The notes beneath the pieces are model-generated. The model worked only from the letters and a program-made list of their open reading frames with translations, was not told where the DNA came from and searched no databases. A DNA stretch of 64,000 bases, taken from Octopus sinensis (taxonomy: Eukaryota). A program made the translations under genes and the position numbers. The stretch is taken from contig NC_042997.1 of NCBI RefSeq assembly GCF_006345805.1, positions 50,654,001 through 50,718,000 on the forward strand. The letters are read 5' to 3'. Numbering within the stretch: position 1 is the stretch's first letter; each line of letters begins with the position of its first letter. Shown here piece after piece: positions 1 to 13,769 of the stretch.

Positions 1-99
1 CCACTAAGCTGCATGCTTTCTGAGTATAATATTTACTTATTGCATGTTGGGAATAGTAGTGACGCACTGTTGATAGCTTTAGGAATGGCAACAAATTAG

Positions 100-490
100 T
101 TTACTCTTTTACTTGTTTCAGTCATTTGACTGCGGCCATGCTGGAGCACCGCCTTTAGTCGAGCAAATCGACCCCAGGACTTATTCTTTGTAAGCCTAAT
201 ACTTTTTCTATTGGTCTCTTTTGCCGAACCGCTAAGTGATGGGGACGTAAACACACCAGCATCAGTTGTCAAGCGATGTTGGGGAGACAAACACAGACAC
301 ACAAACACACACATATACATATACATATATACGACAGGCTTCTTTCAGTTTCCGTCTACCAAATCCACTCACAAGGCTTTAGTCGGTCCGAGGCTATAGT
401 ATAAGACACTTGCCCAAGGTGCCACGCAGTGGGACTGAACCCGAAACCATGTGGTTGGTAAGCAAGCTACTTACCACACAGCCACTCCGG
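100..490 (-). mobile_element. tRNA-derived SINE, family A (CORE-like)
   Basis: Minus-strand tRNA-like head (GTGGCTGTGTGGTAAG...GGTTCAGTCCC), central GGCACCTTGGGCAAGTGTCTT, tail ...GAAACAAGTAAAAGAGTAA; recurs many times in the window. Confidence 0.85.
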
Positions 491-2861
491 CTGATGATTT
501 TTAAATTTAAATCTCTATTTTGCGTAAGAGCACATCTACAAAAGGAACAATTTAAAAGCCATCATGGGAACATGGAATAGAAATGAGGGACTTCAGGTAG
601 AAAATGTCTTGTTAAACATTGATTTCAGTTGGCTGCGGTCATCGCTGCCGTCTTTGTCCTCCTCGTCGTCGTTTCCCGTGGGTCAGTCCCGATCAAACAT
701 ATCAATGATCAGTTATTTCAGCCTGGATCATTTTGTGATTTTATGAGTATCTAAAACACTTTATCCAATTCTTCTTTCTCTTCATAACAGTATGGTGTGA
801 TTCAAGGAAATTTTGTTTGCTATTTTTAGCAAGTCTTGTCGCCGTTCGGTTGTTTCCCGGGGAAAACCTGGTTGTCAGTAGTGTAAATTATATAATTGGT
901 CGGTTCGCTGTCATTTTATTTGTGCTTAATTCTCGTTTTCGACAAGATAAGAAATAAAATCGACTTAAGCAAGAACTCAACATTAAACAGTGAGTTAATA
1001 CCTCAAAGTACATCAAATCCACGTATTTACTACCTCATCTTTGAAACGTAAATATTTTAGCTGTTCCAAGGACTAGAGATTTCAGAATCAATGAAATACC
1101 AAACTTAACGGATCTATATTTATCCCCGTTTCCATTCTAAGCTAAAATCCTCCTCCATTCACGTATCACCTTTGATTTTCTTTCTTCTTGAGTTGATCAA
1201 ATGCGTACCAGTAATATATTGTAAGAAGATACGATTGACTATACATCTCCCTTATAAATTGGGTTTATTTTGTCGATGTAAAGGAAATGTTGATTGTAGT
1301 TATTAGAACCCGATATGTTTTCAAAAGAAAGCACTGAGCAATGGATTCATTGTTTTATTGTATTGAAAACCATTGGGTTTGACTTTGGTTTCTGTTCATC
1401 AGATATTGATAAAATAAGGGATATGAGTGATATGTTGGTATCAGCTCTATTGATCATAATTCTCTTTTAATCATCCTTAATCAATAGATATCAATATAAA
1501 CATTACACTGACTGAATATAGAAGCGTCTACGAGGTCGATCGACCTGCTTAAAATGACAACTAATCACCCCATAACACATCTTTTGCTGTCTTCGATGGG
1601 AATACCTTGGATAATACGGTTTTTGGGTTCACTGTACAATGTTAAAAAAGATGGAATGGTCATGAAACGGAATGGCTTTTGATTGTATGTCTTTTTGTCC
1701 AAGGTTGATTTGAGATAAACCAATTGCTTACTCGACGTGCAAGAAGTAGTGATTAAATCTTCCTTAAATAAAAATTGCTGTTCAGGAAAGGAATGGAAAC
1801 GTTCAGAAACATAGTTATGTACATACCTAAAATGAAGTGATAGCCAAGGTTAGAATGTCTGTAACCATATCTACGCGTTGTTAGGGTTACAATAGCAATC
1901 GCATTACAGTACAAAGTGCTACTAGCTCTCAAGCACGCCTCGTAGTTGTGCATATGTAATTGATTACTGACGGAAATGTTCATGTTGTGTAAGTACATCA
2001 CAAGTTAGCAGCCTTTATCTCTTCTAATGTAAAAGAAAATAAATAAAAATAAGTAGGTGAAAAGTTATCATCTTATTATCTGACTATATAACTAAAAATC
2101 ACCATGAAATCCAACGTGATAACGGAAAAATGTGTAACAGTTAATAAAGCATTGCATATTTTACTGTAAAAATATTGGGAATATTTATCAGAACTCCATT
2201 CAGTAAATAGCTAAAAATGATGGACCCTGTCTCTGAAATACAAAACTTTTTCAGAGAAAATTCCATTCCTGACTTACAAGCATTACCATCCAGTGCAGTC
2301 ATCCCCTCTTTACGTTACTTTGCTACAGTTTTGGTATCCATAATAATTATACTTAACTGTGAGAAGACTTCTAGACATTTTATAAGCAGTTTTCATTGAA
2401 TTGTTACTTTTTTGTTATCCTCCTTTTTCTGTTTCGGAATACTCAGAATATCAGCTGGAAGGAGAGCGTGAAAAGGCTTATCTGTTCTTTTGGAATAACA
2501 AAGATGATCACTGTTGGATATAAATTTAATCGTTTACAATGTGGCGGCTTTTTAGTTATAATAATTGTAAAAACTTGATGAATTTCACTTTCTGATGTAA
2601 GGAGTCAAATTAGATACTTATTTCTTTAAAGCTTTTATCATTTCATCGGGACCTATTCGAACAGATTTGTGTTACTTGTTAAGTCTAGGACTAAGGGAAT
2701 TATCCATATTTGATGCAACCCTCCGTGGCCATTGAGCTTGACGCTGCTAATGTTCCGTTAAAACTGCTTCACATTAACATCTGCAGGCAAGTCATAAGCA
2801 GTGAAAAGATTCCAAAGAGCCGATACTCTATGGAGTATCGTTGACTAAAGTTCAGCATATA

Positions 2862-3300
2862 GGAGCAGTCATAGATGTGTGGTTTAGGAGTTCGCTTTTT
2901 GATCACGTGGTTTAGTATCTAGTCCCATCGTGCGGTACCTTGAGAAAGTTTCTTTTATTACAGTCCCAGATCGACCAATGTATGCCTTGTGAGTGAATTT
3001 TGTAGGCGGAAACTAAAATAAGCTCGTCATGTGTGTTTGTGTGTGTTTTATATATAAATTATATATATAAGGTAGGGGTGTTTGCATTTGCGTTTGCCCA
3101 CACTCACACGCACCGCTTAATAACTGGTGTTGGTTTGTTTAAGCCCTGGTAACTTAGCAGTTTGGAAAAAGTTAACGATAGGCTAATTACTAGACTCAAA
3201 AATAAGTACTGCGGTAAATTTATTCGACTAAGCTTTTCAAAGTGGTATTCCAGCATGGCCGCAGCCCAATTTACTGAATTTGGTAAAAGAGTAAACAGCA
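2862..3300 (+). mobile_element. SINE family A, diverged copy
   Basis: Same head, core and tail as 100-490. Confidence 0.75.
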
Positions 3301-4177
3301 AAACAGAATTTAAAAGGATCAATGTATTTTTGACCATTTGCAAAAGCATGTGAAAAAACCTACTTTGATAACATCTGCAACTTAGAAGCGCTGCTATTGA
3401 ATTACAACGTGACATGACTTCTGTATCACATTGTATAAACGGGAATCTCACCTCGAAGAATGACATTGGCATTTGCTGCTTTCAAATAAGCTGAAATTTT
3501 TAAACACATTAAAAACGTTTCCAAATCCGTTTCACACTTATGTGAAGGTGATATTTGTTTGAAAGATGAAAAAAAGCTATTTAACTCTTTTAGAGCGATA
3601 GCAGTTAAAAAAAAAACAGCAACAAAAAACATTGATAGCTTTGAACCAATATATGAGCTTTTATTTGGTTATTCATCTTGCTAAAAATAGCAGCAAAATC
3701 TCTCTGGCCACATGCTGCTGTTTTAAGAAAAGGAAGAACACATTAGATAATGTAGTCCTAGATAGGCCTAAAAAAGATGAGATGATCATTACAGGGATGC
3801 CTTTGATCTTGATTCTATACGATTGGGATTGACTTAGGGTTAAACTTCAACAGCAGCAACAGAAATGTTCCTGACCTTGTTTGATGTCATATGTAAGTAC
3901 CAAGACTCTAACGAATGAAATCACCCAAAACAGATCCTATTGCAATAACGAAATATTGGTACAGAGATTCCTAACACTAATTGTCCGGGATCTCTTATTA
4001 TCTGCACAAATTTACGAGCGTGAACTTCAGATACCCGCGGCCGCCAGACTAGTTTACTAGTACCTTCCACAGACTAGTACTTTGCGCGGTACAGTGTTAA
4101 TAAACTTGTATTGCTTATGGGAATGCACAAGTATCTGAATCTCATTTAACTATTTAAGTAAATTTAATATTTGCTTA

Positions 4178-4520
4178 GTGAAGGCGTATGGCACAGTAGC
4201 TAGAGCGACTGGTTTACTACAATTCTGAGGTTGTGAATTCGGTTCTCGAACTGGGTTGTGTTCTTGAGCAGGACACTTTATTTTCACGTTTTCCCAGTTC
4301 ATTCAGCGGTAGAAATAAATTGCGATGTCACTGGTGCCAAGCTGTATTGGCCTTTGCCTTTCCCTTGGATAATATCAGTGGCGTGAAGAGGGAAGACTGG
4401 TATGCATAGACGACTGCTTGTCTTACATAAACAACCTTACCCGGACTTGTGCCTCAATGGGGAACTTTCCAGGTGCAATCCCATGGTCATTCATGACCGA
4501 ATGAGTTTTTTTTTACTTTA
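4178..4520 (+). mobile_element. tRNA-derived SINE, family C
   Basis: GAAGGCGTATGGCACAGTAGCTAGAG head and TTGAGCAGGACACTTTATTTTCAC core shared with 19368-19645 and 51660-51920. Confidence 0.7.
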
Positions 4521-5059
4521 ATATTTGCGTAATTTAATGTATGCTGACCAAGATGCCCACTTCTGGTTTGGAAAAATCAGTAATCCAGAAAGGCCCTGGA
4601 ACCAAAGGCTTCGGAAAATTTATGTGTTATCTGTATTGAAATGTTTTGCGGCTCAGAAGCATAAACTAAGGAGTTGTTTTATGTCCTTATATAGAGCGGA
4701 AGGAAAACAACCGGTATTGAATGTGCTTAACTGAGACAGTGGAACAATTCAATAAAATTCATAACATATACTATAATAACTTTACCTTACATTAACATAT
4801 GCACTAAACTACACCAATAGCACTGAATTGCACTACATCAACACATCATACAGTACCGTGCTAGTAGTGGTAGTAGTAGTAGTAGCGGGGAATGAGGGTG
4901 CCGGAGATGGCAGTAGTAGAACCGTCGAGATACACCCATTTGTCAGATGCAAGCGAATATGATGTGGTAGAAGGTACCATGCTTTCGCTAATTATTTTAG
5001 ATGCCTATATAGCTGCGAGCAGACAAAGATAGCTTCTCGGTCCCCTACGCCATCCATCC

Positions 5060-5741
5060 CGAAGATCACCCAGAAAGGAGCAACTGAAGGAAGTGCGGAC
5101 GCAAATTGGCGGGAATGAATGTAACATGGTTGGATTACAGAAAAGCATATGACATGGTACTGCACAGTTGGATAAGCAAAACAGAGCCTATTTGGAGGGG
5201 TAGAAATGATGAAACATTGGAATACTGAACTGATTGGAGGAGAGCTAAACCTTTACAAAGTGAACATCAGCTGTGTTATATTTCAAGTTGATAGCTTATC
5301 TCTATTACTATTTGTATTGGCCATGATACCGCTCAGTTTGATATTACGCGAAGTTAAAATAGCTTATGATTTGGGAAAATGATATCATCAGATAAATCAT
5401 CTCCTTTTTATGGATGATTTAAAGGTTTATGCGAAAATGAGAAGCAGTTTGAAAATATTGTACATACTGTTCGCGTTTTCTCAAATGATGTAGGTATGGA
5501 ATCTGGGATTGAAAAGTGCGCTATATTGATAATGAAATGAGGTAGATTTGAAAGAAGCCATGGAATTGAAATGCCAAATGGGCAAACAATAAAAGCAGTT
5601 GAGAAAGAACAGCGGTATGAGTATTTGGGAATGCTGGAAGCAGATGAAATAAAACACGGAGAAAACAAATTGCCAGTAGGAAGTATGCAAAGAGAGTAAG
5701 AAAAGTATTACAAAGTCGAACGCAAAAAATGTTATTGAAGT
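5060..5741 (+). mobile_element. Degenerate R4/Dong-type non-LTR retrotransposon RT fragment (5' of mariner insertion)
   Basis: Frameshifted RT motifs WLDYRKAYDMVLHSW, IFQVDSLSLLLFVLAMIPL, HLLF-MDDLK. Confidence 0.75.
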
Positions 5742-6655
5742 CCTGGTTTGAGGAATAATTCATTGGCATTTTTTTCAAATTTCAAATTTAAAAATGCACG
5801 CAGAAATAAAACGCACAGACAAAATGTGTTATGTTATTTAAATGAGAATCTTTTGCTCTTCAAGATAGTGTGTTTTGATTTTTTAATTTTATTGATTTTT
5901 TTGTATTTTCAGAACATTAAAATAGAATGGCAAGTGGACAACGCTGAGCATTTCCGACACCATTTGCTTTCTGTATTTAATCGATGTGTTAAGGCCCCGA
6001 AGCCGTTCGTAAAATTTGTGCTATGTATGGAGACGGAACATTTCCTCAAAGTACCACCCGCCGTTGGTTTACGCGCTTCAAAAATGAAACATTGACCTTA
6101 AGGTTGGATCACATACCTGTCGACCAAATGAGATCGATGACGAGCGATTGAATCAACGTCTTCACGGAAATCACTAGAGAATTGGCGGAGCAGATGGATT
6201 GGGATAAAAAAAATTGGGATAAAAAAAACTGTGGTGAACCACTTTCACTCAATGGGCAAGGTTCAGGAAGGCGGCACTTGAGTGCAACCCAAAGCCCGTC
6301 CTCACATATCCAATTTGACCAAAGCCGCGATTCAAGAACTTAAATGGGAAAAGTGCTGCCTCACCCTCCGTGCTCCCCTGACATGGCGCCGTCAGATTTT
6401 CATTTCTTTCGACCGCTTTCGAACGCTTTGGGCGGTGTGTCGTTCAATAATGACGTGGAATTGAGGGCTTGGTTCGACGAATTCTTTGAGTCAAGAGCGG
6501 GAAATTTCTATCGCCGAGGTATCGAAAAACTTATTGAACGATGGGAGAAAATTGTAAACAACAACGGAGAGTATATTATTGATTTTTAATTTGTTGTTTT
6601 GTTTTTGTTTAAAATAAATTTGAAAAACGCTCAAGAATTATTCCTCAACCCCAAT
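5742..6655 (+). mobile_element. Internally deleted Tc1/mariner transposon
   Basis: Inverted termini TTGAGGAATAATTC (~5748) and GAATTATTCCTCAACCCCAA (~6635); transposase remnants EHFRHHLL and HPPCSPDMAPSDFHFFR (YSPDLAPSD-like), ORF 6344-6589. Confidence 0.85.
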
Positions 6656-6925
6656 AATAAATGCAAGAGTAGTACCGGTAATCAGATATAGAGTTGGAAT
6701 TGTAGACTGGATAAAATGTGAGAAACCTGTTGACTATGTAATGGAGCCAACCATCGGAAAGCTAATATCAACCGGTTGTATTTGAAGAGTGACCAGAGTG
6801 GAAAAAGGCTCAATAGAGTTTCTCCCAGAATGATGTTGCCTTCCCCTAAGCCTCTATAGAACGCCAAAGTGGAACTTCCACCGACCGCGTTGCCCGACTG
6901 CCAGAAGACAATGACTACCTGACGA
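6656..6925 (+). mobile_element. Continuation of the R4/Dong-type LINE after the mariner insertion
   Basis: IINARVVPVIRYRVGIVDW resumes the post-RT region directly after the mariner right end. Confidence 0.6.
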
Positions 6926-6961
6926 CTTATAATTATGCTAGTAGTAGTAGCAGCAGTAGCA

Positions 6962-7500
6962 AAGGTGGCGAGCTGCCAGAAAGGTTAGCACACCGGGCGA
7001 AATGCGTAGCCGTATTTCGTCTGCTGTTATGTTCTGAGTTCAAATTCCGCCGAGATCGACTGTGCCTTTCATCCTTTCGGGGTCGATTAAATAAGTACCA
7101 GTTACGCACTGGGGTCGATATAATCGACTTTAACCGTTTTTCTATCCTTGTTTGTCCACTCTGAGTTTAGCCCCTTGTGGGTAGTAAAGAAATATGTATT
7201 TCGTCTGCCGCTACGTTCAGAGTTAATATTCCGCCGAGGTCGACTTTGCCTTTCATCCTTTCGGGGTCGATTAAATAAGTACCAGTTACGCACTGGGGTC
7301 GATATAATCGACTTTAACCGTTTTTCTATCCTTGTTTGTCCACTCTGAGTTTAGCCCCTTGTGGGTAGTAAAGAAATATGTATTTCGTCTGCCGCTACGT
7401 TCAGAGTTAATATTCCGCCGAGGTCGACTTTGCCTTTCATCCTTTCGGGGTCGGTTTGTCCCATCTATATTTAGCCCCTTTTGGGCAATAAAGAAATATG
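6962..7500 (+). mobile_element. tRNA-derived SINE, family B (MetaSINE-like domain) with internal 184-bp tandem duplication
   Basis: GGTGGCGAGCTG head; GAGGTCGACTTTGCCTTTCATCCTTTCGGGGTCG domain repeated; ORFs at 7148 and 7332 begin identically, 184 nt apart. Confidence 0.85.
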
Positions 7501-7799
7501 TAGTAGCAGCAACAGTAGTAGTAGTAGTAGTTTATTTTAAACACGAATATTCATTGGTTGAGTTGACGGGCTTGAAATGAATGACATTTTGCTTCTGTTT
7601 TTGTATTGTTTTTTCAGTTATAGTTTCAGTAGTAACGACCTAAATCTTGTCCTAATTCAGATATAATAACGAAAAGACCAACGATTGCAAGATGTGACAA
7701 ACAGGTCGATATACATTACCATAAGCGAAATAAGTAAAGGAAAGTGTGGACGATGATGCTGGAAGTGGCAGCGGCGGCGGAGGTGCTGTTGCAGGTGTG

Positions 7800-7906
7800 T
7801 TGGTAGTGGTAGTGGTGGTAGTGGTGGTGGTGGTGGTGGTGGTGGTGGTGGTAGTGGTAGTGGTAGTGGTGGTAGTGGCGGTGGTGGTGGTGGTGGTGGT
7901 GGTAGT
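7800..7906. repeat. (GGT/AGT)n trinucleotide repeat
   Basis: Direct reading. Confidence 0.95.
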
Positions 7907-8004
7907 ACATGGATACTTTGTCGGTTTTTACAACGAGTACTCTAGTTATTCGATCAGCTTTTTCAGTTGATCGAAGACTTGGATTGACTCGAGGCTATCG
8001 TATT

Positions 8005-8460
8005 ATTTCATTTCATTTCATTTCATTTGGGTTTGAGTCCATGCTCAGGCCAAGTCGAAGACTCCACCCTCAGAGTCTGGTGTGGTTGCCAGGTTGTATT
8101 CTCTGCTTAAATTTGACATGTGTAGGAGCGAGTTTGAGTCAGTTTGTGCTCGTTGTGTATATCCTGGGAGATGGGGTTCATCTCTAATGGTGCTTAAGTA
8201 TCTATCCAGTTGCAATTTGAATGATTCCACACTGCATCCTGATAGATTTCTGACATGTACCGGAATGGAGTTGAACAGTTGTGCTCCTCGAACCAACAGA
8301 CTTGATTCTCGCAGGGTTTTTGCTGCCTGGCCAGCCTTTTTGTTGATTGGTGATATGACATTTATCCCAAGAAGCTCCGTAGGAGGGTCGAACCTAGAAC
8401 TTCCTGACAGTGAAGCAAACTTCTTGCCTATTCTTCCAAAGCAATGCTGGAGACGTAAGT
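8005..8460 (-). mobile_element. CR1/L2-group LINE 3' fragment with (GAAAT)n tail
   Basis: ORF 8045-8296 RGAQLFNSIP...FKLQLDRYLSTIRDEP resembles a CR1-group ORF2 C-terminus; TTTCA repeats at 8005-8028. Confidence 0.75.
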
Positions 8461-8494
8461 GTACTAATATGGCCGTCTTTAGTTTTCATAACTT

Positions 8495-8695
8495 TTCTAT
8501 CGTAGGCATAAGACCAAGAATTTACGGGGCGGGGTCTGGCCCAATACATCGGTCCCCAACGCTCAATTGGTACTTATTTTATCGATCCCGAAACGATGAA
8601 AGGCAAAGTCGACCTCGGTGGAATTTGAACTCAGAACGTAAAGACAGGCAAAATGCCGCTAAGCATTTTGTCCGGCTTGCTAACGATTCTGCCAG
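8495..8695 (-). mobile_element. SINE family B
   Basis: Reverse complement of the family B head and central domain. Confidence 0.8.
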
Positions 8696-8699
8696 TTAG

Positions 8700-8962
8700 T
8701 AAAACGACCGGAGATCCTTCCCGAGCTATAGGTCCTTCAGACAGTTTCCCGAATTCTGTGACGTATATATTCTTACCCACTATCCCCTGGATGGGACGTC
8801 GGTCCGTCGAAGGTTTACTCACTTTTGCCAGTTGAACAAAAGAAAAGACATGAAATGAAGTGTTTTGCTCAAGATCACAACGCATCGCCCAGTCCAGGAA
8901 TCAAAACTGCAATCTTACGATCATGAATGCCACGCCCTAACCACTAAATCCAGTGCCTTCAA
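8700..8962 (-). mobile_element. SINE family C
   Basis: Matches 51660-51920. Confidence 0.7.
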
Positions 8963-8992
8963 TCATCACTTTTAATAATCTTCTTATATAGC

Positions 8993-9657
8993 AAGGCGGC
9001 GATCTGGTAGAATCGATAGCAAGCCGGGCGAAATGTTTAGCGGCATTTTGTCCGTCTTCGAGTTCTGAGATCAAATTCTGCTGAGGTCGACTTTGCCTTT
9101 CATCATTTCGGGGTGGATAAAATAAATACCTATTTCTTTACTACCCACAAGGAGCTAAACACAGAGAGGACAAACAAGGACAGACAAACGGATTAAGTCG
9201 ATTATATCGACCCCAGTGCGTAATTCGTACTTAATTTATCGACCCCGAAAGATGAAAGGCAAAGTCGACCTCGGCGGAATTTGAACTCCGAACGTAACGG
9301 CAGACGAAATACTGTTAAGCATTTTGCCCGGCGTGCTGACGTTTCTGCCAGTTAGGCAAAGGGATCGATGTAATCTTCTTACTCTTCCTCCGAACTTGCT
9401 AGCGTTGTGCCAAAATTTCAAACCAATATCATATAAAAGGCGGCGAGCTGGCTGAACCGTTAGCAAGCCGGATGAAATGCTTAGAGGCATGCTGTTGGTC
9501 TGTACGTTCTGAGTTCAAATACCGTCGAGGTCGACTCTACCTGTCATCCTTTCGGGATCTTTAAAAGAAGTACCAGTCGAGCTCTGTGGTGGATGCAATC
9601 GACTTATGGCCTCCCCCAAAATTGTTGGTCTTGAGCTAAAATTTGAAATCAATATCT
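8993..9657. mobile_element. Cluster of family B SINEs in both orientations (8993-9130 +, 9130-9425 -, 9436-9657 +)
   Basis: Repeated GGCGGCGAGCTGG-type heads and central domain. Confidence 0.8.
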
Positions 9658-9754
9658 TATTTAATTGGTAGTGCGTTTCTTTCTCTCTCCCTCTCCCTCC
9701 CTCCCCTCCCTTTCTCCCTCTCACCCTCTATCCCTTACTCTATCCCTCTCTTTC

Positions 9755-9785
<31 letters not shown>

Positions 9786-10819
9786 TCATGCGTGTGTGTG
9801 TGTTTCAGTTCTCTTGATATGCGCATCAAAGGCAATTAGCTGTTTTGATGCTAATTACCCGTGATAAAACATGTATTTTTTTTCATTTGAATCCCTTTAA
9901 ATCCAATTTGCCGCAAGCAATTTAACGATGAAAATGAAAATTTATTATCCGTGAGTTTTCCACGAGTATCCACAGATTAATTTATAGCACGGAGACAAAG
10001 CCTCACATCTTAGAGGATGAGTACAGCGAATAGATCAACCCCTGTACACACCGAGTATCTATTTTATTACCTCTGGAACGATGGAAGTTAAAGTCGACCA
10101 GGACGTGACTTATCTCATAATGTCATGGAATGCAACTAAATACTTCAAAGAATCACTCAACCGTGTTTTCACATCTAACGCCTCTCTGGCACTTTTAATG
10201 CTGATTTATTAATTAGCGCAAAACTACGAATTTTGTTGAGAGGATACACTGGATTAGATTGGACTCAATATGTCACCGGTGTTTTTTTTTTTTTTTTTTA
10301 CCGCAAAGGCAAAACGCAAAGCTGATCAAGACCTAACTCGAAAAGGTAAAAGTAATTAATTCGACTCTATCATCTGAAAGAAAACGAAAATTTTCAAGCA
10401 CTTACAAGGCATATGACTAAGAAAACTAATTGCCAAACAGTTATATGGTCAACAATTTGAGGGATTGATGAATCATATCTTTGCCAATCCAACAATCACT
10501 ATCACTTTTGATATTAAGTAATAGTTGTGAAGACATTTTTTCCTTGGAATTCACCTTAGAAATATTGGTGGTAGATCTACAGCTGATCGAATAAATAGAG
10601 GAACACACATCTAACAGACATTTATTATATTGTTACCTACGAAAGGCGGTGCTCCAGCAAGACCGCAGGCAAATGACTGAAACAAGTAAAAGATTAAAAG
10701 AGTAACTCAGATTCTCGGCTCCCATAACCAAGATTGATAAACGATTCTCGCTCTCCCTCATGATCTTCACACACGAAGAACTGCCATCATCATCATCATC
10801 ATCTTCTTCAGATCAATAT

Positions 10820-11087
10820 TCTTTTATTCTTTTCATTGTTTCAGTCATTTGACAGCAGCCATGATGGAGCATCGCTTTAAAGGGGTTGCTTTCTTTTTAG
10901 TCGAAGAAATCGACCTCATAACTTATTCTTAGTGAGCCTAGTACTTATTCTATAGGTTCCTTTTTACCGAACCGCTAGTTTGCGGGGGTTTAAACATACC
11001 AACATCGGTTGTGTCAAGCGATGGTGGGGAACAATCACAGACTCAAACACACCACACACATATGTATATATACATATATATATAAAT

Positions 11088-11149
<62 letters not shown>

Positions 11150-11305
11150 GACAGGCTTCTTTCAGTTTCCGTCTGCCAAAATTACTCGCAAGGTTTGGTC
11201 GGCCCGAGAATATAGTAGAAGACACCTGCCGAAGATGCCACGCAGTGGAACTGAACCCGAACCATGTGGTTGGCAAGCAAGCTTCTTACCGTGCACCCAC
11301 GCTGT
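10820..11305 (-). mobile_element. SINE family A with internal (CA)n/(TA)n
   Basis: Homologous to 100-490. Confidence 0.85.
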
Positions 11306-11699
11306 ATATTAGTTAATTGAACGAACACACAATCCAAAAACACAAATAAAAACGGAGAAAAGGCCGAAAAGAGAAAAAACGAACGTGAGGGCGTGCACAA
11401 GAATTATATCAGTTTGACAAACGGTGAAAGGAGAGAGTTTCGAGCATGGCTCTTCGTCGGAAAGGAGAAAGGGAAAAGAAACACCCAAAGAAGAAGGGAA
11501 AAGGAAAATTGCCAACAGTCTACGTGTGGTTACATATGGTTACCACAGACATACACACACACGCGCACACACACATACATATATACATACACACACACAC
11601 ATATTGTTATACTTGGGGACGGTCATATTTTATCAAGTAAACACACGCACTATGTTTGGTCAATACTTCAGCTTTATTATTATTATTATTACTTTTGTT

Positions 11700-11870
11700 T
11701 TTTGTCAAAACACTTTCGTCCCACCTCCTGTGACCTCTTCAACGACTCCTCACGTGTCTCCTCTTTTTCTGCTTATTCCAAAAATAGAATAAGCAAAACA
11801 AGAGGAGACACGTGAGATAAAGAGTCACTGCGGAGGTCACAGAATGTGTAACGAAAGAGCTGAGACAAAG
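11700..11870. repeat. Foldback inverted repeat with degenerate hammerhead-like cores
   Basis: CTCACGTGTCTCCTCTT...TGCTTATTC pairs with GAATAAGCA...AAGAGGAGACACGTGAG around ~11782. Confidence 0.7.
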
Positions 11871-11918
11871 AAGCCAAAATTATAATAATAAAGCTGAACT
11901 GAAGACCAAATATATATA

Positions 11919-11963
<45 letters not shown>

Positions 11964-13592
11964 AATGAATGTTTTTATATATAATGAACGTGAAATACAG
12001 GAAGGGACGAACACGGAACACAGACAAATCATTCGAAGCCTTCAATCTTCAGTCAGACACCGAATCATCATAGCAAATTTCGGCTGTTCAATTCTGATAT
12101 TTGCTCCAACTCGGCCAGCCCCAAGAAAAAAAACTAAGCTGTAAGCATTAGATTCTTGGTAGAAGACAGGAATGTGAACGCACAAGACGGATGTGAATAC
12201 AAGAGACGAAAACGAAATTGAAAACAGTAATGAATAAACAAAATATATATAACGGTGGTTGTCATACGACTTTAGACCAAATGAGACAAAAACAACAACA
12301 ACAACATAGCTGGCGTAGAAATAATTACCGTTTCGGTAGCGGGGACACATGTTGGTCGAGATACGAAGGCCAACAGAATGGTTTAAGAAGCAGCAGGTCG
12401 CAGGAGAGAGAGAAAGAGAGACAGAGAGAGAGGGAATCAAAGAGATAAATAATTATATAAACAGCCTGCAACTAAAATTTGATTTCCAAACACCCAATAT
12501 TTATATACTACTATTTATAGCATTATGTGATGCGCTTCGAGATCCAATGTTCCAAAAACAAAAAGAATTATTATCTCTCGAACGGTCATAAAAATACGCA
12601 TGGCGGAAATAACACACAATTCTCGCTGGTAAGAATAAAGTTTCTAAAATGGATAGAGAAATTTTAAAGATTATTTTGTTCCAATAGTAGAACGCCTGAC
12701 CGCTCTATAGAAGATGGAAACTTCGAGTTCCACGGGCAACCTTCGGCTTTTACTATCCAAAGGGATTTTTCAACCCAATATATACATATTATTATTTATA
12801 ACTTTATGTGATGTTCTACGAGAATCAACTTATATGGACATTCTTTGATTGACGACTTGAGTTTTATGCAACTGCGATCTTCAGGTCAGAATTAGTGTGC
12901 ATTCAGTTCACATCACTTTACATACATTGAAGCAAACATCTATTATTCAAATTGATATTTTAATATCATTTTGTTATATTACTTTTGCGCTGCTTCTTTT
13001 TGCGGAACATTGTCTTTGTCTAAAATATTTTTTTCTTTTTTCCTTTCTTTCTTTCCTTTTTCGTTATCTTCTATTTTGCTTCGCTATTTTGTATTCTAGG
13101 GTGTTATGCTATTCATCGTGCCATTTGCGAATTCGTTTTTATGCTCTATTTTTATTAGACTATTTCTCTGTTACGTAACTTTGCATCCATGTGACATTTT
13201 GTTTAAAATAACTTTCTAATTATACGTGTTTGTCTTATATCTAATACCTCGTTATTTTTCTCTGTCAAAGTTCGTTTTAACTTGCTACTTAAAAATAAAA
13301 ATTTAAGCTTGTTTTAAAGATATTACGTGCGTTATTTACTCTTCGTTGGTCCCCAGCAACGGTGTTTCTAATCGCATATCATCATTCTTTAGTAGAGTTA
13401 CTTATTCTGCCGGTATGTTTCGCAAGTTATTTTGCTTAGGTGCAGTACATCTTGTTATACTTGAGTTATATTTGAGTTATTACTAGTCACACTCAGTAAG
13501 TTTGCATATTATTCTCTTTGTGTGTAAGATCATATATGTATGTATATATATTTACATATGTGTGTGTGTATGTCTATATATATGTCTCTCCA

Positions 13593-13676
<84 letters not shown>

Positions 13677-13769
13677 TATATATGATCTCACTCACGCAGA
13701 GAATAATAATCAAATGTATATATGCATGTACATATATATCTAGAGATACCCACACCGCCATCCTTCTCT

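Noticed and set aside
7012-7455. Regular repeats resembling a CRISPR array
   Set aside because: 184-bp tandem duplication of a SINE with identical 'spacers'; eukaryotic context, no cas genes
7716-7970. Poly-His and poly-Val ORFs
   Set aside because: Translations of a (GGT/AGT)n microsatellite
8082-8699. 205-aa ORF
   Set aside because: Antisense to a LINE fragment and a SINE
11436-11465. Hammerhead-like CCGACGA-AGAGC...GCTC-GAAAC (minus)
   Set aside because: Core altered and stem III/cleavage site missing; at best a relic
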